Of a stretch of 64,000 bases of DNA, positions 1-12,700 are shown piece by piece. A program made the translations under genes and the position numbers. This DNA is from Eledone cirrhosa (taxonomy: Eukaryota): contig OZ024747.1 in the NCBI GenBank assembly GCA_964016885.1, positions 37,014,001 to 37,078,000 on the forward strand, written 5' to 3'. Within the stretch, counting starts at the first letter, position 1; each line of letters opens with the position of its first letter. A model generated the notes under the pieces. It was not told the DNA's origin. It saw only the letters and a program-made list of their open reading frames with translations, and did not search any database.

Positions 1-107
1 CAATCACTAATACTCTTTTATTCCTAATTAAACCATTTTTCAACTGTGAACAATTTGTCAGCATTCTCTATTCCGTTTACCAATATATAATAACTTGTGT
101 ATTCTTT

Positions 108-111
<4 letters not shown>

Positions 112-204
<93 letters not shown>
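112..204. repeat. (TA)n microsatellite (representative; other long tracts at ~355-485, 1860-1904, 2022-2080, 2845-2930, 4481-4600, 5131-5202, 26895-26992, 44848-44896, 45968-46043, 50393-50454, 58010-58494)
   Basis: Perfect TA dinucleotide runs seen directly; they are the source of all IYIYIY ORFs. Confidence 0.99.
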
Positions 205-206
<2 letters not shown>

Positions 207-347
207 TATTCCGCGTCGTGGAGCTGATAACGTTGTTAGGAATCAATGTGTCCTTAAGAAAGGATTGTTATACGCAAAATATTTCGCTGATTGGATTGAA
301 TCTGATCTATAACATCATGATGTACGCAACGCATGATTATATATGTA

Positions 348-870
<523 letters not shown>

Positions 871-927
871 ATCAATGTAAGCATGTGTGTATGCATGTAT
901 GTACGTATGAATATATAATATATAAAT

Positions 928-980
<53 letters not shown>

Positions 981-1264
981 CGCGACTGTGTGTGCGTTAT
1001 AATAATAATAATAATATAAATTTCATGTAAACCGCTTAAAATAGAAACTACGAAAATTTCTTGAGCTATAATCGATAAACATGTAAACATATTTCAATGC
1101 AAGGCTAGTGAGCTGACCATTGTGGAAAGTAGCTATATCGCAGATGAAAGGCCTTCTTTGATCATAAGTTTGCTTGATTAATGTTGCTAAACATTTAAAA
1201 CAGGGGCATAAATGATAGCGAAGATCATATCATTTGTGATGAAATTCTATATCCTTATATCCAC

Positions 1265-1585
1265 AACCTTCAATATTTTCCTTTTGACAAATATGGATGG
1301 TGGAATATATGGCTATTCGTGGGCATGCTGGTACATCAACACTGTTCTTTTCAGGCTGATTGTCAGCTCAAACTCATCACAGTTTCTCGAGAAGCAGTCC
1401 CTCAGATGTTGAAAGAACTCTTCCATGTGACTAACATCATTACAGTCCTCTGCATAAAGAAGATGACGTATCGTTGCAATATATGTTTTTTGATGCAACA
1501 TGGAATCGTTGGATGTTAAAGAGTTTTCCCGTTGTTCAATAACTTATATATATATATATATGCCAACATCATTGTTGGTGAATGC
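1265..1585 (-). mobile_element. Decayed RTE-clade LINE reverse transcriptase fragment
   Basis: Translation IRHLLYAEDC...QHLRDCFSRNCDEFELTISLKRTVLMYQ...YIPPSIFV, with upstream GKLFNIQR, resembles the RTE/BovB LLYADD region; contains stops and frameshifts. Confidence 0.8.
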
Positions 1586-1855
1586 TTACATATATACATA
1601 CGGTCTAATTTGGGTTGTCTTCCTTGTAACCAAGCTACCGTCATCAGTCTTGCAGAATCCTGTCAGTTCATTCACATACACTTTCGTTCTCACAGCAGTC
1701 ATACAGGGGTGGACAATCCGATCGGTGAAACGCTCCAGTATGGGCTGGTAATTTGTTGTTGAATTAAATTTGTACGGAACTCGTCCTCGGGACTGTGTGC
1801 TCTAATTACTACGGATATAACTTTATAACTTGCCCCTTATTTACCAATATATATG

Positions 1856-1902
<47 letters not shown>

Positions 1903-1907
<5 letters not shown>

Positions 1908-2020
1908 AAAACGTATGACCCCTTAGGGTCATACTTGTTCCTATTTCCCACTCTACTACCCTAAGTATTGAGTACTCTGGTGCTTTATGGTCCATCTGGT
2001 TCCTTACCACAATTCCTTTG

Positions 2021-2021
<1 letters not shown>
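1903..2021 (+). mobile_element. Short (TA)n-targeted element, family A copy 1, with 5' hairpin (1903-1944)
   Basis: Shares ttcctat..cccactctactaccctaagtattgagtact..ggttccttaccac..gttatata with 19934-20108 and 62353-62438; (TA)n on both sides. Confidence 0.85.
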
Positions 2022-2080
<59 letters not shown>

Positions 2081-2083
<3 letters not shown>

Positions 2084-2450
2084 TAAAAGGAATTCTAACT
2101 TTGTCTGATTTACTCGTTTTATTTACAGTCCTTTAAAATGTATAATGGTATTAGAATGAAATAGTATGGTGGAATATTAAATGTTAAGCGTTAATTGAAC
2201 AAGTACTTTCATGCTTTCGCAATCTTCAGGTTCATTTTCTGTGGTGACAGTCAAGTTTGTAATGTTCAACTGTAATGAGATGGGTAAATGTTGTGCCTTA
2301 TATACAGTGAAAAGTGGCTATAGAATGCTAAATCTTGCAAGCTGTATTTCGACCAATCGGGGTGTAGTTTCATTGGATTACTAAAGCTGATTGGTTTAGG
2401 CGTCACGGTTGGTTGAGCATGTCTAACGACTACTAATTGACCCTATCCAA
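2081..2450 (-). mobile_element. Penelope-like pseudo-LTR remnant (CCAAT boxes, TATATAA, hammerhead) ending at (TA)n
   Basis: On the minus strand: CCAAT at 2390-2394 and 2372-2376, TATATAA at 2298-2304, hammerhead at 2196-2234; 3' end abuts the (TA)n ending at 2080. The distal boundary is approximate. Confidence 0.6.
2196..2234 (-). ncRNA. Minimal type I hammerhead ribozyme
   Basis: Minus strand UGAAC-CUGAAGA-U(UGC GAAA GCA)U-GAAA-GUAC-UU-GUUCA: 5-bp stem I, GAAA-capped stem II, palindromic stem III AGUACU. Confidence 0.75.
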
Positions 2451-2748
2451 AGCATCAATTGTTTTGCTATTTTTATAAATAATGAAAATAGCATTTTCTA
2501 GTAATCATCACCATCAACATCACTTTTATTATTATTATTGTTGTTGTTGTTGTTGTTAGTGGTCGTAGTCATAGTCATAGTAGGATTAATACCCCATCAT
2601 TTTTGTTCATTTAGCTTGGGTTTGATGTTGATTGTGATGATTACTATAAAATGGTATTTTCATCATTTATATAAATAAAGTACCAGTAATGTACTGGGTA
2701 ATTGATGGCCTTGTACCAAAAAGTAGAAACAATTATATATATATATAA

Positions 2749-2841
2749 TGGTTAACTTTGCCTTTCATCCTTACGGGGTCGATAAAATAAAGTACCAGTA
2801 ATGTATTGGGTAATTGATGGCCTTGTGCCTAAAGTAGAAAC

Positions 2842-2846
<5 letters not shown>
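2749..2846 (+). mobile_element. tRNA-derived SINE 3' part (octopus-type, Meta-domain-like); another partial copy at ~2674-2735
   Basis: ggttaactttgcctttcatccttacggggtcgataaaataaagtaccagt..ggccttgtgcctaaagtagaaacaatt is shared with many copies in this window. Confidence 0.85.
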
Positions 2847-2924
<78 letters not shown>

Positions 2925-2926
2925 TA

Positions 2927-3300
2927 TATAAGTATGTACACGTACATACATATATGTATACAGACGTACAGTAGTATGTATATATATATACATACATGCA
3001 CACATATATATATGTACGTATGGATTCACCGAACATTTATTATAATGCTCGGTGTGTTTGTAAACAAACATCCCGTATTAAGCCGTAGTGTCTAGCAACC
3101 ATCGTTGCTCGTTTGTTCATTATAATAAATGTTCGGTGAATCCATACGTACATATATATATGTGTGTGCATGTATGTATATATATATACATACTACTGTA
3201 CGTCTGTATACATATATGTATGTACGTGTACATACTTATATTTAAGTAACAGCCCTACTAAGAGTGGGAAATGAAATTTCGTTTCCTTTTTTTCCGTTTA
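2927..3300 (+). mobile_element. Non-autonomous (TA)n-targeted element, family B copy 1, with inverted 5' arm
   Basis: 2927-3047 is the reverse complement of 3118-3241; same family as 50456-51233; ends in ttccgttta. Confidence 0.8.
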
Positions 3301-4477
3301 TACATATATACATATATACATATATACCACCTCTCTCTATTAACAAGAACTCATTCTCCACCCTACTTTTGAGCAAGAAAGATGGGAAAAAACTTAGTCC
3401 AACATTTAATTTTAATTTTAAATCTTTAATTTTTAGTTTTTAACTCCTATTAATTCTTTTTTAATTTTTAATTTCAATACTCAACATTTGATAAGATGAA
3501 TTTTAATAATACAGCGAAACCGGTAATACTTTGTATACTTTATATCCATTATAAAACATTTTTTCAAAAGAATTGTCCCTCTCATTTTTTCAATAATGTC
3601 ATCTTTTCAATAATGTCACTTTGACGAATCAAAGAAAGGATTAAAAAAAAGATATTTTCCGTGCTATTTCCAACTTCACCTTAGAATTTGTATATTCATA
3701 TGATCAATTGTCTAAGTAGTTGCTTGGGTATAGGCAGCAGTATAATGGTGGCGATCTAACGTAATGGAGTTACCAACTATGAAATAAACAGGTCAGTAAT
3801 GTGAAGTTACATAATTATGTTTATTATACGTATTTCGGGGTCTTTGAGATGTTATGCCATTGTTACAATATCGTTACAATTTCAACCGCACCAGGTATGG
3901 CGTCATCAGATGTTAATACAATTACGTGAGCGGGTTGATTATCTGTTGGGTAATGTGAATATGTTTGCAAAGAATCGGAGAAATTGTTGTAATGGTTGCA
4001 GCAGTAACGATTGCATAACAACTCCATATCCCTGTCAAAGGAATATGAGTACAACTATGTAACATCTGTCTTAACTTTAGTATCATATATATGTTTATAC
4101 ATATATACATATTTATATAATAGTAGTAATAATATTAATAACTAGAGTAAATTTTAGGCCGGTAGAAACATGTCAGTCTGATAATACCTTCAGTGTATTT
4201 TTAAATTAATATATATTAATTTTAAAAAGCACTGAAGATTCAAGGCATTGCCAAACTGACACATATATATATATATATACACACATATAATTGTTAAGGC
4301 CAGTTACTACAACAGTGTCCTGAGGACCAACTTGTTGAACCTATGCAGATAAATATATAATCATTATACGTGGTATAGAGCTGTTGTTGAAAGTGGCCTT
4401 ACAATTATATTAAATATCGCCCTACGGACTTTAGTTGCTCAATAACTTGGATATTTTTACATACCTATTACTACTAC

Positions 4478-4607
<130 letters not shown>

Positions 4608-5128
4608 AGGTAATTATAGCCCTCGTATTTGCCCTTAAATAACTATAATTCACTGTTATTTCTCACTATATTCCACTCCTGTTACTGACCACTACACCTC
4701 ATGCTAATACTTCGTTAGCTTTCTGTTTCTGGGTTCTACTAAAATATCTTAAAGATTAAATGTGTGTAGCGAAGAAGAATGCGTCCTCTAAATATAGTAT
4801 TCCTCAAAATAAACCAGAAACGGCAACGAGGCTACGCAGTTTTACCTATAAAGAATTGTTACTCTCTATATGACTCTGTATATCTCCCACATTCCCCTTA
4901 TTCTCTCTCTATTTATGATCAATCCATATCAATATAAATTTGTAAATGCAGGCTTACGCATACGAACACTCACACACAAATATATATGCATATATATGTA
5001 TGTAAGTGTATGCTTATGTGTATGTATGCTTATGTATTAGTATCTATATATATATGTACGTCCGAGCCGAATATCCGCTTAGGTGAAACAATTGTTCGCA
5101 GTATGGTGAACTAACTGTGGTGTAACTA

Positions 5129-5206
<78 letters not shown>

Positions 5207-5232
5207 CATACATACATACATACATACATACA

Positions 5233-5263
<31 letters not shown>

Positions 5264-5579
5264 GCATATATACATAATAACATGCATACATGTGTGTTTG
5301 TGTGTGTGTGTGACTGTGTGTCTGCGCGCGCACGTATTTGTGTGTAGCATTTATTTTAATGTTCTTCGTTAGAACTTCTAAGTCGGAATTCTTGTCAGAG
5401 AACATTTGCCTTTGATCTGTTGTGGATCGATAATGTAAGCACCAGTAATATACTGTGATCGATTCAATTGATTATACCTCAGCGCAACAACAATTGGTTT
5501 TCTGCTAAGTTAAACAAACCAATATCAATTTCTAGTTGAGTGGGAGAAAGACAGATTAGAGTGACGTCGAGAGAGGAAG

Positions 5580-5691
5580 AGAGAGTTGGTTGAGAGAAAG
5601 AGAGAGAGTTGGTTAGAGAGACCGCGAGATAGAGAGAATCAGAGAGAGAGAGAGAGAGAGAGTTGGTTACAGAGACCGCGAGAGAGAGAGA

Positions 5692-5722
<31 letters not shown>

Positions 5723-6085
5723 TTGGTTACAGAGACCGCGAGAGAGAGAGAGTCAGAGAGAGAGAGAGAGAGAGTTGGTTACAGAGACCGCGAGAGAGAG
5801 AGAATCAGAGAGAGAGAGTGAGAGAGAGGGAGAGAGAGAGAGAGTTGGTTAGAGAGACGGTGAGAGACAGAAAATCAGAGAGAGAGAGAGTTGGTTAGAG
5901 AGACGGCGAGAGAGAAAAAATCAGAGAGAGAGAGTTGGTTAGAGAGACCGCGAGAGAGCGAGAATCAGAGGGAGAGAGAGAGAGAGTTGGTTAGAGAGAC
6001 GGCGACAGAGAGAGAATCAGAGAGATAGAGAAATAGAGAGAGAGTTGGTTAGAGAGACGGCGACAGAGAGAGAATCAGAGAGATA

Positions 6086-6116
<31 letters not shown>

Positions 6117-6172
6117 TTGGTTAGAGAGACGGCGACAGAGAGAGAATCAGAGAGATAGAGATAGATAGATAA

Positions 6173-6242
<70 letters not shown>

Positions 6243-6276
6243 GGTTAGAGACGGTGACAGAGAGAGATTCAGGGAG

Positions 6277-6337
<61 letters not shown>

Positions 6338-6409
6338 TAGAGAGAGAGAGGGAGAGAGAGAGAGAGAGTTGGTTAGAGAGACGGCGACAGAGAGAGAATC
6401 AGAGAGATA

Positions 6410-6446
<37 letters not shown>

Positions 6447-6500
6447 TTGGTTAGAGAGACGGCGACAGAGAGAGAATCAGAGAGATAGAGATAGATAGAT

Positions 6501-6548
<48 letters not shown>

Positions 6549-6606
6549 GGTTAGAGACGGTGACAGAGAGAGATTCAGAGAGATAGATATATATAGATAT
6601 ATATAT

Positions 6607-6666
<60 letters not shown>

Positions 6667-6680
6667 GGTTAGTGAGACGC
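5580..6680 (+). repeat. GA-rich compound minisatellite, unit gagttggttagagagacggcgacagagagagaatca(ga)n, ~16 copies
   Basis: Recurring gttggtt anchors from ~5585 to ~6664, separated by variable (GA)n/(GATA)n tracts. Confidence 0.95.
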
Positions 6681-6780
6681 GAACGAGGGAGTAGGCGAGA
6701 GTATGTGTAAATGCCACTGTATGTTTGAAGGTGCGTTTTGTCTGTTTTAGCTCTACTTTGTATGGCAGCTTGATACATAT

Positions 6781-9700
6781 GTGTCTGTGTCTGTGTCTGT
6801 CTCCGTGTCTGTTTTGATGTGTCTGTCTTGATGTGTCTGTGTCTGTGTCTATGTCTGTGTCTGTGTCTGTGTCTGTGTCTGTGTCTGTCTTGATGTGTCA
6901 GTGTCTGTGTCTGTGTCTGTCTTGATGTGTCTGCGTCTGTCTGTGTCTGTGTCTGAGTCTGTGTCTGAGTCTGTGTCTGTGTGTCTGTGTCTGTGTGTCA
7001 GTCTCTGTGTCAGTGTCTGTGTCTGTGTCTGTGTCTGTGTCTGTGTCTGTGTCTGTGTCTGTGTCTGTGTCTGTCTCAGTGTCAGTGTCTGTGTATGTGT
7101 ATGTGTCAGTGTCTGTGTATGTGTATGTGTATGTGTCTGTGTCAGTGTCAGTCTCTGTATCTGTGTCAGTGTCTGTGTCTGTGTGTCAGTGTCAGTGTCA
7201 GTGTCTGTGTCTGTGTGTCTGTGTCTGTGTATGTGTATGTGTATGTGTCTGTGTCAGTGTCTGTGTCTGTGTATGGGTCAGTGTCTGTGTGTCTGTGTCT
7301 GTGTGTCAGTGTCTGTGTCTGTGTGTCAGTGTCTGTGTCAGTGTCAGTGTCAGTGTATGTGTCTGTGAATGTGACTGTGTCTGTGTGTCTGTGTATGTGT
7401 GTCAGTGTCTGTGTCTGTGTGTCAGTGTCTGTGTCAGTGTCAGTATCAGTGTCTGTGTCTGTGAATGTGACTGTGTCTGTGTGTCTGTGTCTGTGTGTCA
7501 GTATCTGTGTCTGTGTGTCAGTGTCTGTCTCTGTGTCAGTGTCTGTGTCTGTGACTGTGTCTGTGTCTGAGTCTGTGTCTGAGTCTGTGTCTGTGTGCCT
7601 GTGTCTGTGTGTCAGTGTCTGTGTCAGTGTCTGTGTCAGTGTCTGTGTGTGTGTGTGTCAGTGTCTGTGTCTTTGAATGTGACTGTGTCTGTGTGTCTGT
7701 GCCTGTATGTCAGTGTCTGTGTCTGTGTGTCAGTGTCTGTGTCAGTATCAGTGTCAGTGTCAGTGTCTGTGTCTGTGTCTGTGTCTGTGTCTATGTCTGT
7801 GTCTGTGTGTATGTGTCTGTGTGTATGTGTCTGTGTGTATGTGTCTGTGTCTGTGTCTGTGTCTGTGTCTGTGTCTGTGTCTGTGTCTGTGTCAGTGTCT
7901 GTGTCTGTGTCTGTGTCAGTGTCAGTGTCAGTGTCAGTGTCAGTGTCTGTGTGTCAGTGTCTGTGTCAGTGTCTTTGTCTGTTAATGTGACTGTGTCTGT
8001 GTGTCTGTGTCTGTGTGTCTGTGTCTGTGTGTCAGTGTCTGTGTCTGTGTGTCAGTGTATGTGTCAGTGTCAGTGTCTGTGTCTGTGACTGTGTCTGTGT
8101 CTGAGTCTGTGTCTGAGTCTGAGTCTGTGTGTCTGTGTCTGTGTGTCAGTGTATGTGTCAGTGTATGTGTGTATGTGTGTCAGTGTCTGTGTGTCTGTGT
8201 CTGTGTCTGTATGTCAGTGTCTGTGTCAGTGTCAGTGTCTGTGTCTGTGACTGTGTCTGTGTCTGAGACTGTGTCTGAGACTGTGTCTGAGTCTGTGTCT
8301 GTGTGTCTGTGTCTGTGTTTCAGTATCAGTGTCAGTGTCTGTGTCTGTGTGTCAGTGTATGTGTCAGTGTCTGTGTCTGTGCCTGTGTCAGTGTCAGTGT
8401 CAGTGTCAGTGTCTGTGTCTGTGTATGTGTCAGTGTCTGTGTGTCTGTGTCTGTGTGTCAGTGTCTGTGTCTGTGTGTCAGTGTCTGTGTCAGTGTCAGT
8501 GTCAGTGTATGTGTCTGTGAATGTGACTGTGTCTGTGTGTCTGTGTATGTGTGTTAGTGTCTGTGTCTGTGTGTCAGTGTCTGTGTCAGTGTCAGTATCA
8601 GTGTCTGTGTCTGTGAATGTGACTGTGTCTGTGTGTCTGTGTCTGTGTGTCAGTGTCTGTGTCTGTGTGTCAGTGTCTGTGTCTGTGTCAGTGTCTGTGT
8701 CTGTGACTGTGTCTGTGTCTGAGTCTGTGTCTGAGTCTGTGTCTGTGTGTCTGTGTCTGTGTGTCAGTGTCTGTGTCAGTGTCAGTATCAGTGTCTGTGT
8801 CTTTGAATGTGACTGTGTCTGTGTGTCTGTGCCTGTATGTCAGTGTCTGTGTCTGTGTCTGTGTGTCAGTGTCTGTGTCAGTGTCAGTGTCAGTGTCAGT
8901 GTCTGTGTCTGTGTCTGTGTCTGTGTCTGTGTCTGTGTCTATGTCTGTGTCAGTGTTTGTGTGTCAGTGTCTGTGTCTGTGTCTGTGTCTGTGTCTGTGT
9001 CTGTGTCTGTGTCTGTGTCTGTGTCTATGTCTGTGTCAGTGTTTGTGTGTCAGTGTCTGTGTCAGTGTCTGTGTCTGTGTCAGTATCAGTGTCTGTGTCT
9101 GTGAATGTGACTGTGTCTGTGTGTATGTGTCTGTGTGTCAGTGTCTGTGTCAGTGTCAGTGTCAGTGTCTGTGTCTGAGTCTGTGTCTGAGTCTGTGTCT
9201 GTGTGTCTGTGTCTGTGTTTCAGTATCAGTGTCAGTGTCTGTGTGTCAGTGTCTGTGTCAGTGTCTGTGTCTGTGTCTGTGTCTGCGTCTATGTCTGTGT
9301 CAGTGTTTGTGTGTCAGTGTCTGTGTCAGTGTCTGTGTCTGTGTCAGTATCAGTGTCTGTGTCTGTGTCTGTGTCTGTGTCTGTGTCTGTGTCTGTGTCA
9401 GTGTCAGTGTCTGTGTCTGTGTCTGTGTCAGTGTCAGTGTCAGTGTCAGTGTCAGTGTCTGTGTGTCAGTGTCTGTGTCAGTGTCTTTGTCTGTTAATGT
9501 GACTGTGTCTGTGTGTCTGTGTCTGTGTGTCTGTGTCTGTGTGTCAGTGTCTGTGTCTGTGTGTCAGTGTATGTGTCAGTGTCAGTGTCTATGTCTGTGA
9601 CTGTGTCTGTGTCTGAGTCTGTGTCTGAGTCTGAGTCTGTGTGTCTGTGTCTGTGTGTCAGTGTATGTGTCAGTGTATGTGTGTGTGTGTGTCAGTGTCT

Positions 9701-12700
9701 GTGTGTCTGTGTCTGTATGTCAGTGTCTGTGTCAGTGTCAGTGTCTGTGTCTGTGACTGTGTCTGTGTCTGAGACTGTGTCTGAGACTGTGTCTGAATCT
9801 GTGTCTGTGTGTCTGTGTCTGTGTTTCAGTATCAGTGTCAGTGTCTGTGTCTGTGTGTCAGTGTCTGTGTCAGTGTCTGTGTCTGTGACTGTGTCAGTGT
9901 CAGTGTCAGTGTATGTGTCTGTGTATGTGTCTGTGTCAGTGTCAGTGTCTGTGTCTGTGTCTGTGTCTGTGTCTGTGTCAGTGTCAGTGCCTGTGCCAGT
10001 GTCAATGTCAGTGTATGTTTCTGTGTCTATATCTGTGTCAGTGTCAGTGTCAGTGTCTGTGTCTGTGTCTGTGTCTGTGTCAGTGTCTGTGTCTGTGTCT
10101 GTGTCTGTGTCAGTGTCAGTGTCAGTGTCTGTGTCTGTGTCTGTGTGTCAGTGTCAGTGTCTGTGTCTGTGTCAGTGTCAGTGTCTGTGTCAGTGTCAGT
10201 GTCTGTGTCTGTGTCAGTGTCAGTGTCAGTGTCAGTGTCTGTGTCTGTGTCTGTGTCAGTGTCAGTGTCAGTGTCTGTGTCTGTGTCTGTGTCTGTGTCA
10301 GAGTCTGTGTCTGTGTCTGTGTCTGTGTCAGTGTCAGTGTCAGTGTCTGTGTCTGTGTGTCAGTGTCAGTGTATGTGTCTGTGTCAGTGTCAGTGTCTGT
10401 GTCAGTGTCTGTGTCTGTGTCTGTGTCAGTGTCAGTGTCAGTGTCTGTGTCTGTGTCTGTGTCAGTGTCAGTGTCAGTGTCTGTGTCTGTGTCTGTGTGT
10501 CAGTGTCAGTGTCTGTGTCTGTGTCTGTGTCAGTGTCTGTGTCAGTGTCAGTGTCTGTGTCTGTGTCAGTGTCTGAGTCTGTGTCTGAGTCTGTGCCTGT
10601 GTGTCTGTGTCTGTGTTTCAGTATCAGTGTCAGTGTCTGTGTCTGTGTGTCAGTGTCTGTGCCAGTGTCAGTGTCTGTGTCTTTGTCTGTGTCTGTGTCT
10701 GTGTCTGTGTCTGAGTCTGTGTCTGAGTCTGTGCCTGTGTGTCTGTGTCTGTGTTTCAGTATCAGTGTCAGTGTCTGTGTCTGTGAATGTGACTGTGTCT
10801 GTGTGTCTGTGTCTGTGTGTCAGTGTCTGTGTCTGTGTGTCAGTGTCTGTGTCTGTGTCAGTGTCTGTGTCTGTGACTGTGTCTGTGTCTGAGTCTGTGT
10901 CTGAGTCTGTGTCTGTGTGTCTGTGTCTGTGTGTCAGTGTCTGTGTCAGTGTCAGTATCAGTGTCTGTGTCTTTGAATGTGACTGTGTCTGTGTGTCTGT
11001 GCCTGTATGTCAGTGTCTGTGTCTGTGTGTCAGTGTCTGTGTCAGTGTCAGTGTCAGTGTCAGTGTCTGTGTCTGTGTCTGTGTCTGTGTCTGTGTCTGT
11101 GTCTGTGTCTATGTTTGCGTCAGTATTTGTGTGTCAGTGTCTGTGTCAGTGTCTGTGTCTGTGTCTGTGTCTGTGTCTGTGTCTGTGTCTGTGTATGTGT
11201 CTATGTCTGTGTCAGTGTTTGTGTGTCAGTGTCTGTGTCAGTGTCTGTGTCTGTGTCAGTATCAGTGTCTGTGTCTGTGAATGTGACTGTGTCTGTGTGT
11301 ATGTGTCTGTGTGTCAGTGTCTGTGTCAGTGTCAGTGTCAGTGTCTGTGTCTGAGTCTGTGTCTGAGTCTGTGTCTGTGTGTCTGTGTCTGTGTTTCAGT
11401 ATCAGTGTCAGTGTCTGTGTGTCAGTGTCTGTATCAGTGTCTGTGTCTGTGTCTGTGTCTGTGTCTGCGTCTATGTCTGTGTCAGTGTTTGTGTGTCAGT
11501 GTCTGTGTCAGTGGCTGTGTCTGTGTCAGTATCAGTGTCTGTGTCTGTGTCTGTGTCTGTGTCTGTGTCTGTGTCTGTGTCAGTGTCTGTGTCTGTGTCT
11601 GTGTCAGTGTCAGTGTCAGTGTCAGTGTCAGTGTCTGTGTGTCAGTGTCTGTGTCAGTGTCTTTGTCTGTTAATGTGACTGTGTCTGTGTGTCTGTGTCT
11701 GTGTGTCTGTGTCTGTGTGTCAGTGTCTGTGTCTGTGTGTCAGTGTATGTGTCAGTGTCAGTGTCTGTGTCTGTGACTGTGTCTGTGTCTGAGTCTGTGT
11801 CTGAGTCTGAGTCTGTGTGTCTGTGTCTGTGTGTCAGTGTATGTGTCAGTGTATGTGTGTGTGTGTGTCAGTGTCTGTGTGTCTGTGTCTGTGTCTGTAT
11901 GTCAGTGTCTGTGTCAGTGTCAGTGTATGTGTCTGTGACTGTGTCTGTGTCTGAGACTGTGTCTGAGACTGTGTCTGAGTCTGTGTCTGTGTGTCTGTGT
12001 CTGTGTTTCAGTATCAGTGTCAGTGTCTGTGTCAGTGTCTGTGTCTGTGCCTGTGTCAGTGTCAGTGTCAGTGTCTGTGTCTGTGTATGTGTCAGTGTCT
12101 GTGTGTCTGTGTCTGTGTGTCAGTGTCTGTGTCTGTGTGTCAGTGTCTGTGTCAGTGTCAGTGTCAGTGTATGTGTCTGTGAATGTGACTGTGTCTGTGT
12201 GTCTGTGTATGTGTGTTAGTGTCTGTGTCTGTGTGTCAGTGTCTGTGTCAGTGTCAGTATCAGTGTCTGTGTCTGTGAATGTGACTGTGTCTGTGTGTCT
12301 GTGTCTGTGTGTCAGTGTCTGTGTCTGTGTGTCAGTGTCTGTGTCTGTGTCAGTGTCTGTGTCTGTGACTGTGTCTGTGTCTGAGTCTGTGTCTGAGTCT
12401 GTGTCTGTGTGTCTGTGTCTGTGTGTCAGTGTCTGTGTCAGTGTCAGTATCAGTGTCTGTGTCTTTGAATGTGACTGTGTCTGTGTGTCTGTGCCTGTAT
12501 GTCAGTGTCTGTGTCTGTGTGTCAGTGTCTGTGTCAGTGTCAGTGTCAGTGTCAGTGTCTGTGTCTGTGTCTGTGTCTGTGTCTGTGTCTGTGTCTATGT
12601 CTGTGTCAGTGTTTGTGTGTCAGTGTCTGTGTCTGTGTCTGTGTCTGTGTCTGTGTCTGTGTCTGTGTCTGTGTCAGTATCAGTGTCTGTGTCTGTGTGT

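Noticed and set aside
3485-3535. ttgataa..gaaaccggta hammerhead relic
   Set aside because: The core has two mismatches and stem I is unsupported.
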